Of a DNA stretch of 64,000 nucleotides, positions 49,721-62,148 are shown one piece after another. Below the pieces are notes generated by a model that was not told the DNA's origin, searched no databases, and worked only from the letters and a program-made list of their open reading frames with translations. The first letter of the stretch is position 1; every line of letters begins with the position of its first letter. The DNA lies in contig OZ024743.1 of assembly GCA_964016885.1 (NCBI GenBank), forward strand, positions 153,264,001 to 153,328,000, in the 5' to 3' direction. The position numbers and the translations under genes are program-made. This stretch comes from Eledone cirrhosa (Eukaryota).

Positions 49721-51309
49721 TGTGTGTAGCTATGTTGTAATTTACCTGGTAATAATGTGTGGTTCTGTGTGTATTTATAACCTGAGTTGTGAAAAGATAA
49801 GCAAGCTCCACTAAAAGGCAAACTCAATCTTGTTCCTTTCTGACTATAGTTATCTTCTCCATGCTAGTGTTAACTTCTTTATTCTTTTCTGATCTGTATC
49901 ATTCAGTTCATTCTTCCACAGGCAGTTGATGGCCTCCAACACACATACAATCAGGTATAAACACACATGCACACATGCACACATACATGCAAACATCAAC
50001 ACATACATATATGCAAACACACATATGTATATGCACAAAGATGTGTATAAACAGATTAACTTGCATTTTTCTTTTATTCCATTTGTATCCTTCATCTAAG
50101 GAATTTTAACTCTTGCTATATTTGTCCACTTTCCTTTGCTAACTATGTTAAATTTCTTTTCCTTCTCCCTCATCTCCTCCAAAGTAATTAATAAATTAAT
50201 CAACAAATCAACAAGAGAATTTTTTCATGTTCAGCTAGATATAGCTGCCAGGTCTCCCTAAAATTTCACCCTACTGTCTTAAATAACGGAAAACTACAAT
50301 ATTTCCCAGTGTCGAAGATGCAACCTTTTTTCTAAAATAAGTATCAGAAATGTACCATGTGGTAGAAGGTTGTTTATTACTTTTTTTCAAATTTTTGGTT
50401 GTCAAAATCAGGATGCGTGCTTGAGGACGAAGCGTCTTCAGTGTTGGGAAATATGGTACATTGGTTAATGTAGTCCTGCATCTTTGATACATTATCTCTG
50501 ACAATAATATGAAGAGGGGGGGGGGGTCCTGGCTGGAACAACTTTTAACCATTGATATATGGTGGATATCATCATAGAGTGCACTACCTCGGTGCAACAT
50601 ACAACTTACAACTTCAACATAGATATTACTAAAAAAGATATGTATACAAACTTTAGGCTAATTCTATACATAATACAACTTTAACCTGATTTAATCCTTG
50701 TTTTTCAGGTTGTATTATTAAACTTGAAAATAAATGATTACCATGTTATATCCAGATAGTGCCAGTACAGAATTATCATACAAAACATTTACCATCAGTT
50801 TTGGGTATGCAGCATTCACCTAGCATGCTCAGAACATACACACTTGTTTTTATCATAGGTTAGCACAATTAAAGCTGCTAACCGAGGCTAATCAATAATG
50901 GTAACATCCAATAAATTAATTGCATGTTTTAATTGAGTATTACAACAACATTTCTAGTATAGTTATTAGAATTAGATGTTGTTTTTGTCACAGATCAAGT
51001 TTGATCGAACTGACCTAAGATCTAAAGCATTTCAACTGAGACCTTGTTTGTTATTCTATCTTCAGACATCGTATATCTAAGGCAAAATTATTAAATGTGT
51101 ACTTATTTCAAGATTGTTGGGTAAGATTTGATTACTTATTGTTGATTGTGGATTAGCCAGAGAAAGAAGTCTAGTACCCATGACATTTTGTAGGATCATC
51201 AAAATTTGTAGGAGAAAAGGAAAGGAGAAACTTTTCCTCCGACTGGAAACCTGACACAATTCCTAAAGATAGAGATGACACTGGGTTCTTTTAGTGGTGC
51301 TATTATACA

Positions 51310-51885
51310 GGGGCTGTGTTAATGAGTGATGGAAAGCAGGAGGCTGAATTAAGTGCAAGAATTACGGGAGCTGGTGCAGTAAAGCACCAACTTCAGCATT
51401 CAGTAATCAAGAAGATGGTAGGTGTAAAAGCCAAACTCGCTATCTTCAATTCAGTATTTGTGCCAATCCTTACCTATGGTCATGAACCTTGGGTCATGAC
51501 CAAAAGAATGATTGTGAGTACAAGTGGCTGAAATGGAATTCCTCTGAAAGGTCTTTGGAATAACATTACTTGATAACTGTGTAGCTTGGAGATCAGAGAG
51601 TTACTCCAGGTAGAGCTGCAACTTTTCCAAATTGAAGCATGTGGTTTGACTGTCTCAGGAAAGAATCGCTAGACATATTTTAAGGGGAAAACAACTGGCA
51701 GGAGACCCAGTGGTAGTCCCCGAGCAAGATGGTTTGATAACATCCATGTGCTTAGCTGGTCACGCTTGGCGATCCAGCTGGATCGGTTGGAGATGGTTGC
51801 TTCTGACAGGACCTGCTGGAAGGAGTGTTTGAGATCTCTGCCCACACAAACTTCTCAGGAATAAGTGGGTGAAGAAGAAGAAGAA
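51310..51885 (+). mobile_element. RTE-type LINE 3' fragment with (GAA)n-like tail
   Basis: KAKLAIFNSVFVPILTYGHEPW..GRRPSGSPRARW. Confidence 0.78.
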
Positions 51886-51944
51886 TATCAAGTCCAAAAG
51901 ATTTCAGTTATTGCTATTTCTAACAACACAATGTCTGTTTAGGG

Positions 51945-53434
51945 CAGTGGTTCCCAACATTTTCTCTGTCAAGGACCCCTTTCATTTAAATAATTTTCTG
52001 ATGGAACCCTTGTTATTATTATTCCACTCCTTGTAATACAGTGAGAATAATAATTAAATGAAAGAAATATTTATACAGAGAAAATGTTGGATATACATAT
52101 GTCTGTAACAATCATCATCATCATCATCATCAGTTTACCTGCCTGCACGGGTGGGATGGGTCATATTCAGCACAGCATCTCTCCACTTGTCACGGTCCTT
52201 CATCATCTCTGTGAGTTTCAGCAATCTGAGGTCTGCTCTCACCACCTCCGCCCATGTTTTACATGGTCTAAATCTACTGCGTCTTCCTTCTACTGGCATT
52301 TCTTGGCACTTCTTTACCCAGCGGTCATCCTCCATGCACATCACATGTCCATACCATCACAGTCTTCTCTTCCACACACTACAACTTATCCCTCTTATAC
52401 ACAGTTTCTCTCTCAACTCATCTATGCTTGGTCGTTCACACACATTGACATTACACATCCAACGGAGCATGCTTGCTTCATTTCTCTCCAGCCATCGCAT
52501 ATCCTCTGCAGTTGCGGCCCATGTCTCATTACCATGCAGCATTGTGGATCTCACGCAGGCATCATATAACTGGCCTTTTTTTATGCAGGGAGAAACCATT
52601 CTTTGTCAACAGAGGAAGCAGCTCTCTAAACTGCTTCCAACTCATCCTTATTCCAGATACGATGGCCTCAGAACACCCCCCTCCCATGCTAATCTGATCA
52701 CCTAGGTACCGGAAGCTATCAGCCACTTCTGTAGAACCTACCTGCCTTTGAATAATGTGTCTATCACTGCGATTTCTACTGTCAAATTTCCCTGTACATC
52801 TACTGCATACGTAGTTTTCCCTACCTGTTAGTTTGCCCGCTATCCCACTACATCTCTTGTGTACCCAAGATCTGCATTGTGTACATTTTATAGAATTTAT
52901 GCCAGTTCCTTTTCTACATATCAAACATGGCCATTTCCCTGATGGAATCAGAGTTTTGTCCTCTTTTCTAATTATCAACACTTTTGTCTTAGCTCTGTTC
53001 ACTCTCAGTCCTCTTGATTCCAACTGCTGTTTCCATAGCCAGAATTTATTCTCTAGCTCCTCTACTGATTCTGCTATAAGAACCAGATCGTCAGAATAGA
53101 GAAGTTCCCATGGGCAGTCAGTCTTAAACTCCTCTGTTATGGCTTGGAAGACTATAATGAACAAGAGCAATTGAGGACCAAACTCTGATGTACACTTACT
53201 TGTATCTGGAATTCCTCACTAAACTCCATTCCTACTCTACTTTACTGACAGAACCTCTGTACATAGATTGCACTGTCCACACAAGCCATTCCTCTACACC
53301 TAGTTTCCTTAGGGACCACCAGGTAACAGATTGGGTATAACAATATACTTGAAATTTTTAACTTACTTCCTGGTCTTCTAATGCCAAATTTGCTCACCCC
53401 TAAGGTTCCATGGACCCCAAGCTGAGTACAGCTG
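51945..53434. mobile_element. hAT/Charlie-like MITE with a nested RTE insertion
   Basis: Left end CAGTGGTTCCCAAC..GGACCCC; degenerate right end GGACCCCAAGCTGAGTACAGCTG; imperfect 8-bp TSD GTTTAGGG/GTGTAGTG. Confidence 0.55.
52111..53325 (-). mobile_element. RTE-like LINE 3' part with a Cys-rich finger inside the RT C-terminal region and (GAT)n tail
   Basis: ELLYSDDLVL, GLRVNRAKTK, CLIC..CTQC..VHKRC..CSRC, FRYLGD, LYDACVRSTMLHG. Confidence 0.85.
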
Positions 53435-53599
53435 GTGTAGTGGCTTGATTCTCATTGGCTTATAACAGTGATAGTATTAATTGTTTGGTTCCTCACTTCA
53501 ACTGAGCAGACTTATGATCTAATGCATTTCATCCATAACCATCCCTGCTTTTTCTCAGATTAGTGTTGATCATGGTATTTGTGCTTAGAATGTTCCCTT

Positions 53600-53872
53600 T
53601 CTAAGGCACAAGCCTGGGCAAGATAGCTTATGGAAGACCAGCACTTGTGCATGCATACCAGTCTTCCCTCTCCACACCACCAATGTTGTCCAAGGGAAAT
53701 GCAAAGGTTGATACAATTTGCTTGTTACCAGTGATGCTGCAACTCATGTCTGCACCTGACTAAACCGGAGCAATGTGAAATAAAGTGTCTTGCTCAAGAA
53801 CACAGTCCAAGAATCAAACTCACAACTTCATGATTGCAAGCAAAATGCTCTAAGCACTAAGCTGTACACCCT
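53600..53872 (-). mobile_element. tRNA-derived SINE with CORE-like domain, degenerate
   Basis: Minus strand GAGTTTGATTC (B-box-like) followed by TGTGTTCTTGAGCAAGACACTT. Confidence 0.55.
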
Positions 53873-54042
53873 CATAACATATAGTGTACTGCGAACACAT
53901 AATATCCAAAATGTTCTTTTTTTTCTTAAGATGGTATAGTGAGGTATTTGAGAGAAATTTGACTTTATGTCTAGCAGATCAAAGGCTCATGTGTAAGCCC
54001 ACTCGTTAATTTGTAAGAGAACATCATGCTGGTTGATAGTAT

Positions 54043-54147
54043 TTCGCCGAGGTTGACTTTGCCTTTCATCCTTACGGGGTCGATAAAATAAAGTACCAGT
54101 AATGCACTGGGTTATTGCTGGCCTTGTGCCTAAAGTAGAAACAAGTA
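54043..54147 (+). mobile_element. 5'-truncated Nin-domain SINE
   Basis: CGCCGAGGTTGACTTTGCCTTTCATCCTTACGGGGTCGATAAAATAAAGTACCAG..GTAGAAACAA. Confidence 0.82.
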
Positions 54148-54209
54148 TTTATGACAACTGTATTTTATTTGTTTGCTTTGACTATTTACATAGTACATCA
54201 TTGTCAACT

Positions 54210-54800
54210 GTTGTAAAGGGCAATGAAGATGCACTAGACAGGGGAAAATATGAAGGCGTCAAGCTGACAGACCACATTATGAAAGTTATGGAAAGAATTA
54301 TAGTACAACTAATAAGGGATCAATTTAACCAGATAAGAAGTAATACAGCGTTGTGGTGGGTAGAGGCACCACTGATAATCTGTTCCTCATGAGACTACTG
54401 ACATTCATTGACCTGGAGAAAGCTTTTGACAGAGTACCTCACTCCATAATATGATGGCTTCTAAGGAACCTAAGGTAGATAAATGGCTTGTGCTGGTTGT
54501 TTAAGTCATGTACTAGTTAGCAAGTGTGAGTTAATAATGGATATAGTGAGAAATTTAGTGCATGGGTACATGTTCCCCCAAATACTGTCTTCTGCCCTCT
54601 TCTGTTTATTATAGCTCTCTAGATCATAACAGACATGTTTAAGACTGGCTGCTCATAGGAACACCTATATACAGATAACCTAGTTTAAATAACTGAAAGA
54701 GTTGAATCTGCAAGGGAACTAGATGAGAAATTCTTGAAAATAAAACCTGGAATCAAGTCCTAGCATGTAAGAAAGATGACAGGGTCCTGATTTCATCAGT
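54210..54800 (+). mobile_element. Degenerate RTE-like RT fragment
   Basis: KGNEDALDRGKYEGVKL..MKVMERII; FIDLEKAFDRVP; YTDNLV. Confidence 0.72.
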
Positions 54801-55099
54801 TGACCTGACTTCCCATTTTAGCACAGTATAAAGCAACATCTAGTTGTCTCTAGTGTGCACCACTTATCTTCCTCTCTCTTCCATACACCTCCCACATCTT
54901 AATATTTCACCCTTCACCAGCAAAGTACCACATCCTAGACCTGCCTCTCTGATCCCCTCCCTGTATACATGCACCCTCAACCCCACTTTCCACATCTGTG
55001 GCACCTTTCTTGACCAACCTATATATACAAGCATGGAAAATGTACTTGCTCTCACAATGTTGCTGAAATGGCTAAAGGGCACGTAGCCCTCCCTGTGGG

Positions 55100-55495
55100 G
55101 TGGTTGTGGTGGTGACAGGAAATTAAGCACACAGTCTACCCTATAAGGTGGTCATGCTGGTGACATGACTGGAGGAACCCATTTTACTTTGTAAAGTGGT
55201 TGTTTTGGTAGCATGACAGAAGGTGCCTGATCTTCCCTGTGGAGTGGTCAGGTTGATGACTCGACAAAGCGCACTCTGTCTGCCTTTTGTGGTGGCCATT
55301 TTTGTGACAACAAAAATAGCCCAGTCCACACTGTTAAGTGGTCATGGTGGTGACATGACAATAAATACCCAGCCCACACTGTGAGGTAGTCTTGCTGGTG
55401 AAAAGTGGTCATTTTAGTGCTGCAACAAAATGTGCCCAGTCCACACTGTAAGGTGATCATATTGAAGACACGTCAAAAAGAGCCCAATCCACATC
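55100..55495. repeat. Degenerate ~50-65 bp minisatellite
   Basis: Recurrent CCCAGTCCACACTGT..GTGGTCAT..GTGACATGACA motif. Confidence 0.6.
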
Positions 55496-55574
55496 TGATC
55501 TGACTTGTTTCAAAACAGGACAACTCATCTAACCCAAGCTAGCATAAAAAAATAGTTGTTAAACAGTTATGATG

Positions 55575-55640
<66 letters not shown>

Positions 55641-55688
55641 AGCATGGAAGATGGACGTTAAACGATGATGATAATGATGGTGATATAT

Positions 55689-57308
55689 TCTCTCGTCTAC
55701 GATTTCACAGAACTTATGTTTACCGAATTCGCAGACCAGACCCCTTCTTCCTCCCGTTAGACCTGTGCGAAATTCCTTCCTTGCTCACATTTCAACCAGG
55801 TTTGATGGTCTTTATTCTCTCGTTCACGATTTCACCGAACTTAAATTCATAGAAATCTGAAACTTGTCTCCTTCCTCCTCACTTTCTGTTGCCTCACCAT
55901 TTTGTTTGTTTACCCTCGCGTCCCCTTTATTTACGTGTCCCAATGACTTTTTTTAGCCGTTGCTCGCACCAACCGGAGGTATATGGTCTTTAAAGCGATG
56001 AAATGCCTATGATAGTTGGAAGATCACTGATGAAGGACAAACTTTTTTCATATGTAACCCATTTGCAACTCCGCAGCGCCCTTTTATCATATTTACACAT
56101 ATTTTTTCCTCTGCTGCTACACCGTCTTTTTCGTTCTATGTATCTTTACCCTTTCTAGCAGTCTCTCTCTCTGTTAGCCTCTTCCTCACCCTTCACTCAC
56201 TCATTCTCTGTCACTACCTCTCCTCCTCCTCTTTCTTCCCGTTTGACCTGTGAGTAATTCTTTTCTCTCACATTCTCGGCCAAGCTGGTCGAAATTTTTT
56301 CTCTCTCGTCTACGATTTCACAGAACTTATGTTTACCGAATTCGCAGACCAGACCCCTTTTTCCTCCCGTTAGACCTGTGCGAAATTCCTTCCTTGCTCA
56401 CATTTCAACCAGGTTTGATGGTCTTTATTCTCTCGTTCACGATTTCACCGAACTTAAATTCATAGAAATCTGAAACTTGTCTCCTTCCTCCTCACTTTCT
56501 GTTGCCTCACCATTTTGTTTGTTTACCCTCGCGTCCCCTTTATTTACGTGTCCCAACGATTTTTTTTAGCCGTTGCTCGCACCAACCGGAGGTATATGGT
56601 CATTAAAGCGATGAAATGCCTATGATAGTTGGAAGATCACTGATGAAGGACAAACTTTTTTCATATGTAACCCATTTGCAACTCCGCAGCGCCTTTATTA
56701 TCATATTTACACATATTTTTTCCTCTGCTGCTACACCGTCTTTTTCGTTCTATGTATCTTTACCCTTTCTAGCAGTCTCTCTCTCTGTTAGCCTCTTCCT
56801 CGCCCTTCAGTCACTCATTCTTTGTCACTACCTCTCCTCCTCCTCTTTCTTCCCGTTTGACCTGTGAGTAATTCTTTTCTCTCACATTCTCGGCCAAGCT
56901 GGTCGGAATTTTTTCTCTCTCGTCTACGATTTCACAGAACTTATGTTTACCGAATTCGCAGACCAGACCCCTTCTTCCTCCCGTTAGACCTGTGCGAAAT
57001 TCCTTCCTTGCTCACATTTCAACCAGGTTTGATGGTCTTTATTCTCTCGTTCACGATTTCACCGAACTTAAATTCATAGAAATCTGGGACTTGTCTCCTT
57101 CTTCCTCACTTTCTGTTGCCTCACCATTTTGTTTGTTTACCCTCGCGTCCCCTTTATTTACGTGTCCCAACGACTTTTTTTAGCCGTTGGTCGCACCAAC
57201 CGGAGGTATATGGTCTTTAAAGCGATGAAATACCTATGATAGTTGGAAGATCACTGATGAAGGACAAACTTTTTTCATATGTAACCAATTTGCAACTCCG
57301 CAGCGGCC

Positions 57309-57309
<1 letters not shown>
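55689..57309 (+). repeat. Tandem array of ~614-bp non-coding units (2.6 copies) near (TA)n tracts
   Basis: TCTCGTCTACGATTTCACAG starts at 55691, 56304 and 56918; units are nearly identical. Confidence 0.92.
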
Positions 57310-57339
<30 letters not shown>

Positions 57340-58089
57340 GATGTATATATAACAAAGAGGGTATGGTAAGATACAAGATCGACCATAACTCAGAACTGAG
57401 TTCGGATCTAGCTGTCAAAACGACCGGAGCTATGTGTGTGTGTGTACGTCATCGCCTGAAAACTTAATCATATCATTTCATGTATGCTTTCCATGTTGGT
57501 ATGGATTGAATTACAGTAGCAACTACACTCAAGTATGTGAAGAATGACTTTGAGTCTGAACTTCATGAAAGAGATGAGACAGGATGATAATGCCTGGTGA
57601 CATATTGTTCTTGAAAAGATTTGCTCACTAGTATAAGTACAGTGATGCAGAAAATATGTATGGTGAAATTTGAAGACTACATGTAATGGACAGATCCTTT
57701 CTAGTGTTTCACTACTGTAGACATCGCAATCAAATGTTCTCTTTGCCTCTTAATTTAAAGTGATTGATGAATGAATATAGATAGTGAAGACCATTTATTT
57801 TTATTAACGACTTGACAACCTGTCAATTGTTGGTGTCAGGATGAAATGCATCCATTACTCTCTGTAAGCTGGTTAACAATTAAACAGATACAATATAGTG
57901 TAGAGAGGACTGTTAGGTTTTGCCCAGTACAGGAGAATGTATCTAGCACTGGCTCTACAATAATGTGCAGCCTGGACACTGTACAAAGTAGCAGGCAATA
58001 TGAACACATTCAGCCATACAAACCATGTAAAAATATGTAATGTAAGTGCAAGATGTGTTTGTTTGAAATGTTATGTCTAATGGTGATGA

Positions 58090-58400
58090 CTCCTTCAACA
58101 AACTGCATCACAATAACATCCGAAGATTTCCAGTCAGTACTTCTTTAATAATTATTTGTCCTTCTTGTGCATATTTGAGACACACAGTGCCTTGGTCATC
58201 AAAGAAAATAATCACTATCGTGTTGATTTTTTTCTGCATCTGACAGATTTTGGGGCCTTGACAACTCTGGATACTTCCACTGTGATAACTGACCTTTGAT
58301 TTCTGGTACATACCCATAAACCAACATCTCATCTCCAGATATCATGGTATTCAGGAATTTAGGACCTTTGTTGGCACTATTGGGTGAAATGAACACTAAC
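58090..58400 (-). mobile_element. mariner transposase fragment
   Basis: FLNTMISGDEMLVYGYVPEIKGQLSQWK; IFFDDQG..EGQII. Confidence 0.75.
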
Positions 58401-58559
58401 TACATGAAATTGGCTGATGCATCCATTCAGCTTGCCAAATGCCAGACATATGAATGAATGTCTGCTGCTTCACTATGCATACATTTGTCTCCCTAGCATC
58501 TCACATGAAAATGTAAAGTCAGATACTTTTTGTCACAACTTGTGTGCATATGTATCTGT

Positions 58560-58828
58560 GTGTCTAGGAGAGAAGACTGTGCTGGTATGATCATGTGATG
58601 TGTATGGATGATAATTGATGGGTAACGAAGTACCAAAATATCCCAACAGAAAGCAACTGCAGTAGAGGAAGGACATTGAAAACCTAAGCAGATGATGTGA
58701 TGGGATCTCAAATCACTGAATCTCACAGTCAGGTTGATGAAGTGCTTCAATGAGTAGAAGAATGGTGTGCTAGAAAAGACCCATCCAACCCTTCAAAAAA
58801 ATGTATGTAAAATGATGATGATGATGAT
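58560..58828 (+). mobile_element. RTE-like LINE 3' end fragment with (GAT)n tail
   Basis: Homologous to 52111-52400 (reverse) and 61845-62148. Confidence 0.65.
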
Positions 58829-58889
58829 ATATGTGTCTGTATATGTATATATATATATATATATAGCAATAATAAAATATTAATAATAA

Positions 58890-61598
58890 ACGAGAAGAAA
58901 CAACAAACAAGAAAGATCAGAACCTTGGTGGAAGAAACGACTGAATGGTCAAATCAAGGAAATGAGAAAAGACATTGGAAAGCTTGAGTCCTTACAGAAT
59001 GGGACATTACAAAACATAGACATTAAAAATAGATTAAAAACAAAATAGAAAACTAGGGGGAAAAAAGCTAAATATTATCATAGAGGAACTGAAGCAACGC
59101 ATTGTAGCAAAAAGTGCAAAGATTAGGCGGTATGAGAACAGAGTTAGTCAGTATAGACAGAACTGCATGTTTGAAACAACCAGATGTTGTTTGGACAGCT
59201 TGAAGGGAAAGAAAGAGGCAACGAAATGATCCCTGAGGCGGAACAGACTAAGGCATTCTGGAGAGGAATATGGGAGCAGGATGTTGAACATAATAGACAG
59301 GCAGTGTGGATTGAAATAATTCAAAAGGAGATTAGTGAACAAGCACAGCAACAACCTGATTTGAGTATCACAGTTGAAACTTTTAAAGGGCAGGCCAAAA
59401 AACTTACCAACTGGATATTGGATTAAAAATATAACATCCCTCCACCCGAAACTGACAATCATGTTCAATGACTGCTTGATGTCAGGGGAAGTACCAGAGT
59501 GGTTGACAAAAGGTACCACAGTTCTGGTAATGAAAGACCGAATCAAAGGTAATGATGTTACCAACTATAGGCCTATCACATGTCTGTCCGTAATGTTAAC
59601 AAGCATTGTGTCCGAGGAAATCTACCATCACCTCCACATAAACAACTTGTTACCGAACGAATGGAAAGGATGTTGAAAGAAGTCCCGTGGTACAAAAGAA
59701 CAGTTACTTATTGATAAGATGGTAATGAGGAATTGCAAGAGGAGGCACACTGGTCTTGCCATGGGATGGATAGATTAGAAAAAGGCATTCGACATGGTAC
59801 CTTATTCTTGGATAACCAAAAGCCTTGAGATCTTCAAGGTTGCCGATAACATCAGACAGTTGTTGAGCAAAAGTATGAAGTCCTGGGAAACAGAATTAAC
59901 ATCAGGTGGAGAATCCTTGGGCGGCGTAAAGATCAAGAAAGGTATCTTCCAGGTAGATTGTTTGTCCCCTTTGCTCCTTGTCCTTGCCTTAATCCCCCTG
60001 ACCATTATACTGCGAAAAGTGAGAGCAGGATACAAGTTGGGAAGAGGAGAGCTTACCATCAAGCACCTCCTCTTCATGGATGATCTTAGACTCTTTGGAA
60101 AGAGTGAGAAGGAATTGGATGTACTTGTTGACACTGTCTGTATTTTCAGCAATGATATATGTATGGAATTTGGTGTTAATAAGTGTGGAGTCCTAATGAT
60201 GAAGTGGGGGTAAATTGAGCAGAAGCAACCGAATCCAGGTACCAACAGGTGAGATGATAAAGGAAATTGACACTGAAGAGGGATACAAATATTAGGTGTT
60301 CTGGAGGCAGATGACATCAAGAACAAAAAAATGAAGGAATTGATAAGATCTGAGTACATAAGGAGAGTAAGGAGCGTATTAAAATCACATCTAAGTCATA
60401 AGTACAGTAAATTCCCGAGTTGTGTCTATTATTCAGTACAGTGTGAGAATCCTGAAATGGAATGTTGCTGAACAAAAAAAAATGGATAGGAAGACTAGGA
60501 AGCTATTGACTATCTACAACATGTTCCACAAGAGGAGTGATGTCGATAGACTCTATTTAAAGATATCTGAAGGTGGAAGAGGTTTTATCAGCATAGAGGA
60601 CTGTGTTCAGATGGAGAAAAACAACCTGCACAAATATGTGACTGACAGTAGGGAGCCAATGCTCAAAATTGTACTGAAGGAGAAGACAATAGACCAGGGG
60701 ATGTCCAAGGAGGAAATAACAACAAGGAGGAAGAGCAACCGTCATGAAAAATCCCTTCATAGTGCCTTCTTTAAGAAAACAGAATATTCACAGACATAGA
60801 ACTGGTTAAAAAGAGGAGACCTTAAAAAAGCTACAGAAGGAATGCTAATGGCTGTGCAAGAGCAAGCCCTCAGAACGAAGTGGGTAAAACACCATATTGA
60901 CAAGGAGGCGGCTAGCTCACTGTGTAGGATCTGTGGAGAAAGAGAGGGGGAGACTGTGGCTCAAATTGTATCCGAGTGTAAACACCTAGCCCAGACTCAC
61001 TATAAAGGCTGGAGACATGATGTGATAGGCAGGGTGATCCACTGGCATCTATGTAAAGTAATCAATTTACCACATTCTGAGAAGTGCTATCAGCATAAGC
61101 CAGAGTCAGTGATAGAAAACGATCAGATGAAGGTGCTATGGGAATTTAGGATACAGACGGACAAGAAATTAGAACACAATAGGCCTGACCTGGTGGTTTT
61201 GGACAAGGAAAAAAGATTGTGCCTGATTGTAGATCTAGCCTGCCCATTTGACACGAGAGTGCAAGGAAAGGAGAGTGAAAAAACTAACTGATACCAGGAT
61301 TTAAAGTAGGATTTAAAAAGGATTTGGAACTGCCATGAAGTCAAAGTGGTCCCGATTGTCATAGGTGCACTAGGTACTATCTCAAAGAGTTTCCAAGGAT
61401 GGTTAAAGAAGATTATTCCAGCCCCGCTTTTTGTAACATTTCAAAAGGCATGCTTGCTGGGAACAGCAAGAACTCTCCGATACGTCCTGAATGTCTGAGG
61501 CTGCAGGTAGTGGCTTGATATTAATTTCAACAAACTTTCCAGTTAAATAACATCAATGACTGAGACTCAAAGAACAGTAATAATAGTAATAATAATAA
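58890..61598 (+). mobile_element. R4/Dong-type LINE (RT + CCHC + restriction-like endonuclease), 5'-truncated, decayed
   Basis: NYRPITCL, KAFDMVP, GIFQVDCLSPLL, HLLFMDDL, GGRG, CRICGE..ETVAQIVSEC, RHD, RPDLVV..IVDLA; (TAA)n-like flanks. Confidence 0.9.
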
Positions 61599-61844
61599 AT
61601 GTGAAGACTAAAATCCAAAGAGGGCTCGATAAGGATAAATATATATCAAATATATAAGAAACCTAGAGCAAATATTTATTAAAATAACAGATTAAAGTTT
61701 AAGCAAAGAATCGCTGCTTTCACCCATAACAAGATATTCAGAAGATCCCATTAAGGGTGAAAGCAGTGATTCTTTGCTTAAACTTTAATCTGTTATTTTA
61801 ATAAATATGTATATATATATATGTGTGTGTAAAATCCCGACTGT

Positions 61845-62148
61845 GGCATGAAGTGGTTTCAGCTTGTAGTGTGCGGGAGAGAAGACTGCATTGGTATGGT
61901 CATGTGATGTGCATGGTGGATGACTGCTGGGTAAGGAAGTACCAAGTAATCCCAGTGGAAGGAAGACGCAGTAGAGGAAGACTTCGGAATTATGGGTGGA
62001 GGTGGTGAGAGCTGACCTCAGATCGCTGAAGTTCACAGAGCAGATGACGAAAGACATTGATGAATGGAGAGATGCTGTGCTGAAAAGAACTGGTTCTACC
62101 CTTGCAAGCAAGGAAAAGCAGACATAAAATGATGATGATGATGATGAT
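61845..62148 (+). mobile_element. RTE-like LINE 3' end with (GAT)n tail
   Basis: RERRLHWYGHV..WV..VEGRRSRGR. Confidence 0.8.

Noticed and set aside
55950-56000. HDV-like ribozyme on the minus strand (ACC-TCCGGTT-GGT ... GGCTAA)
   Set aside because: A P3/L3-like hairpin is present, but P1 and P2 pairings could not be completed.
55689-57309. CRISPR-like array or coding repeat
   Set aside because: Units are long, near-identical and have no unique spacers. The context is eukaryotic and the short ORFs lack recognisable motifs.
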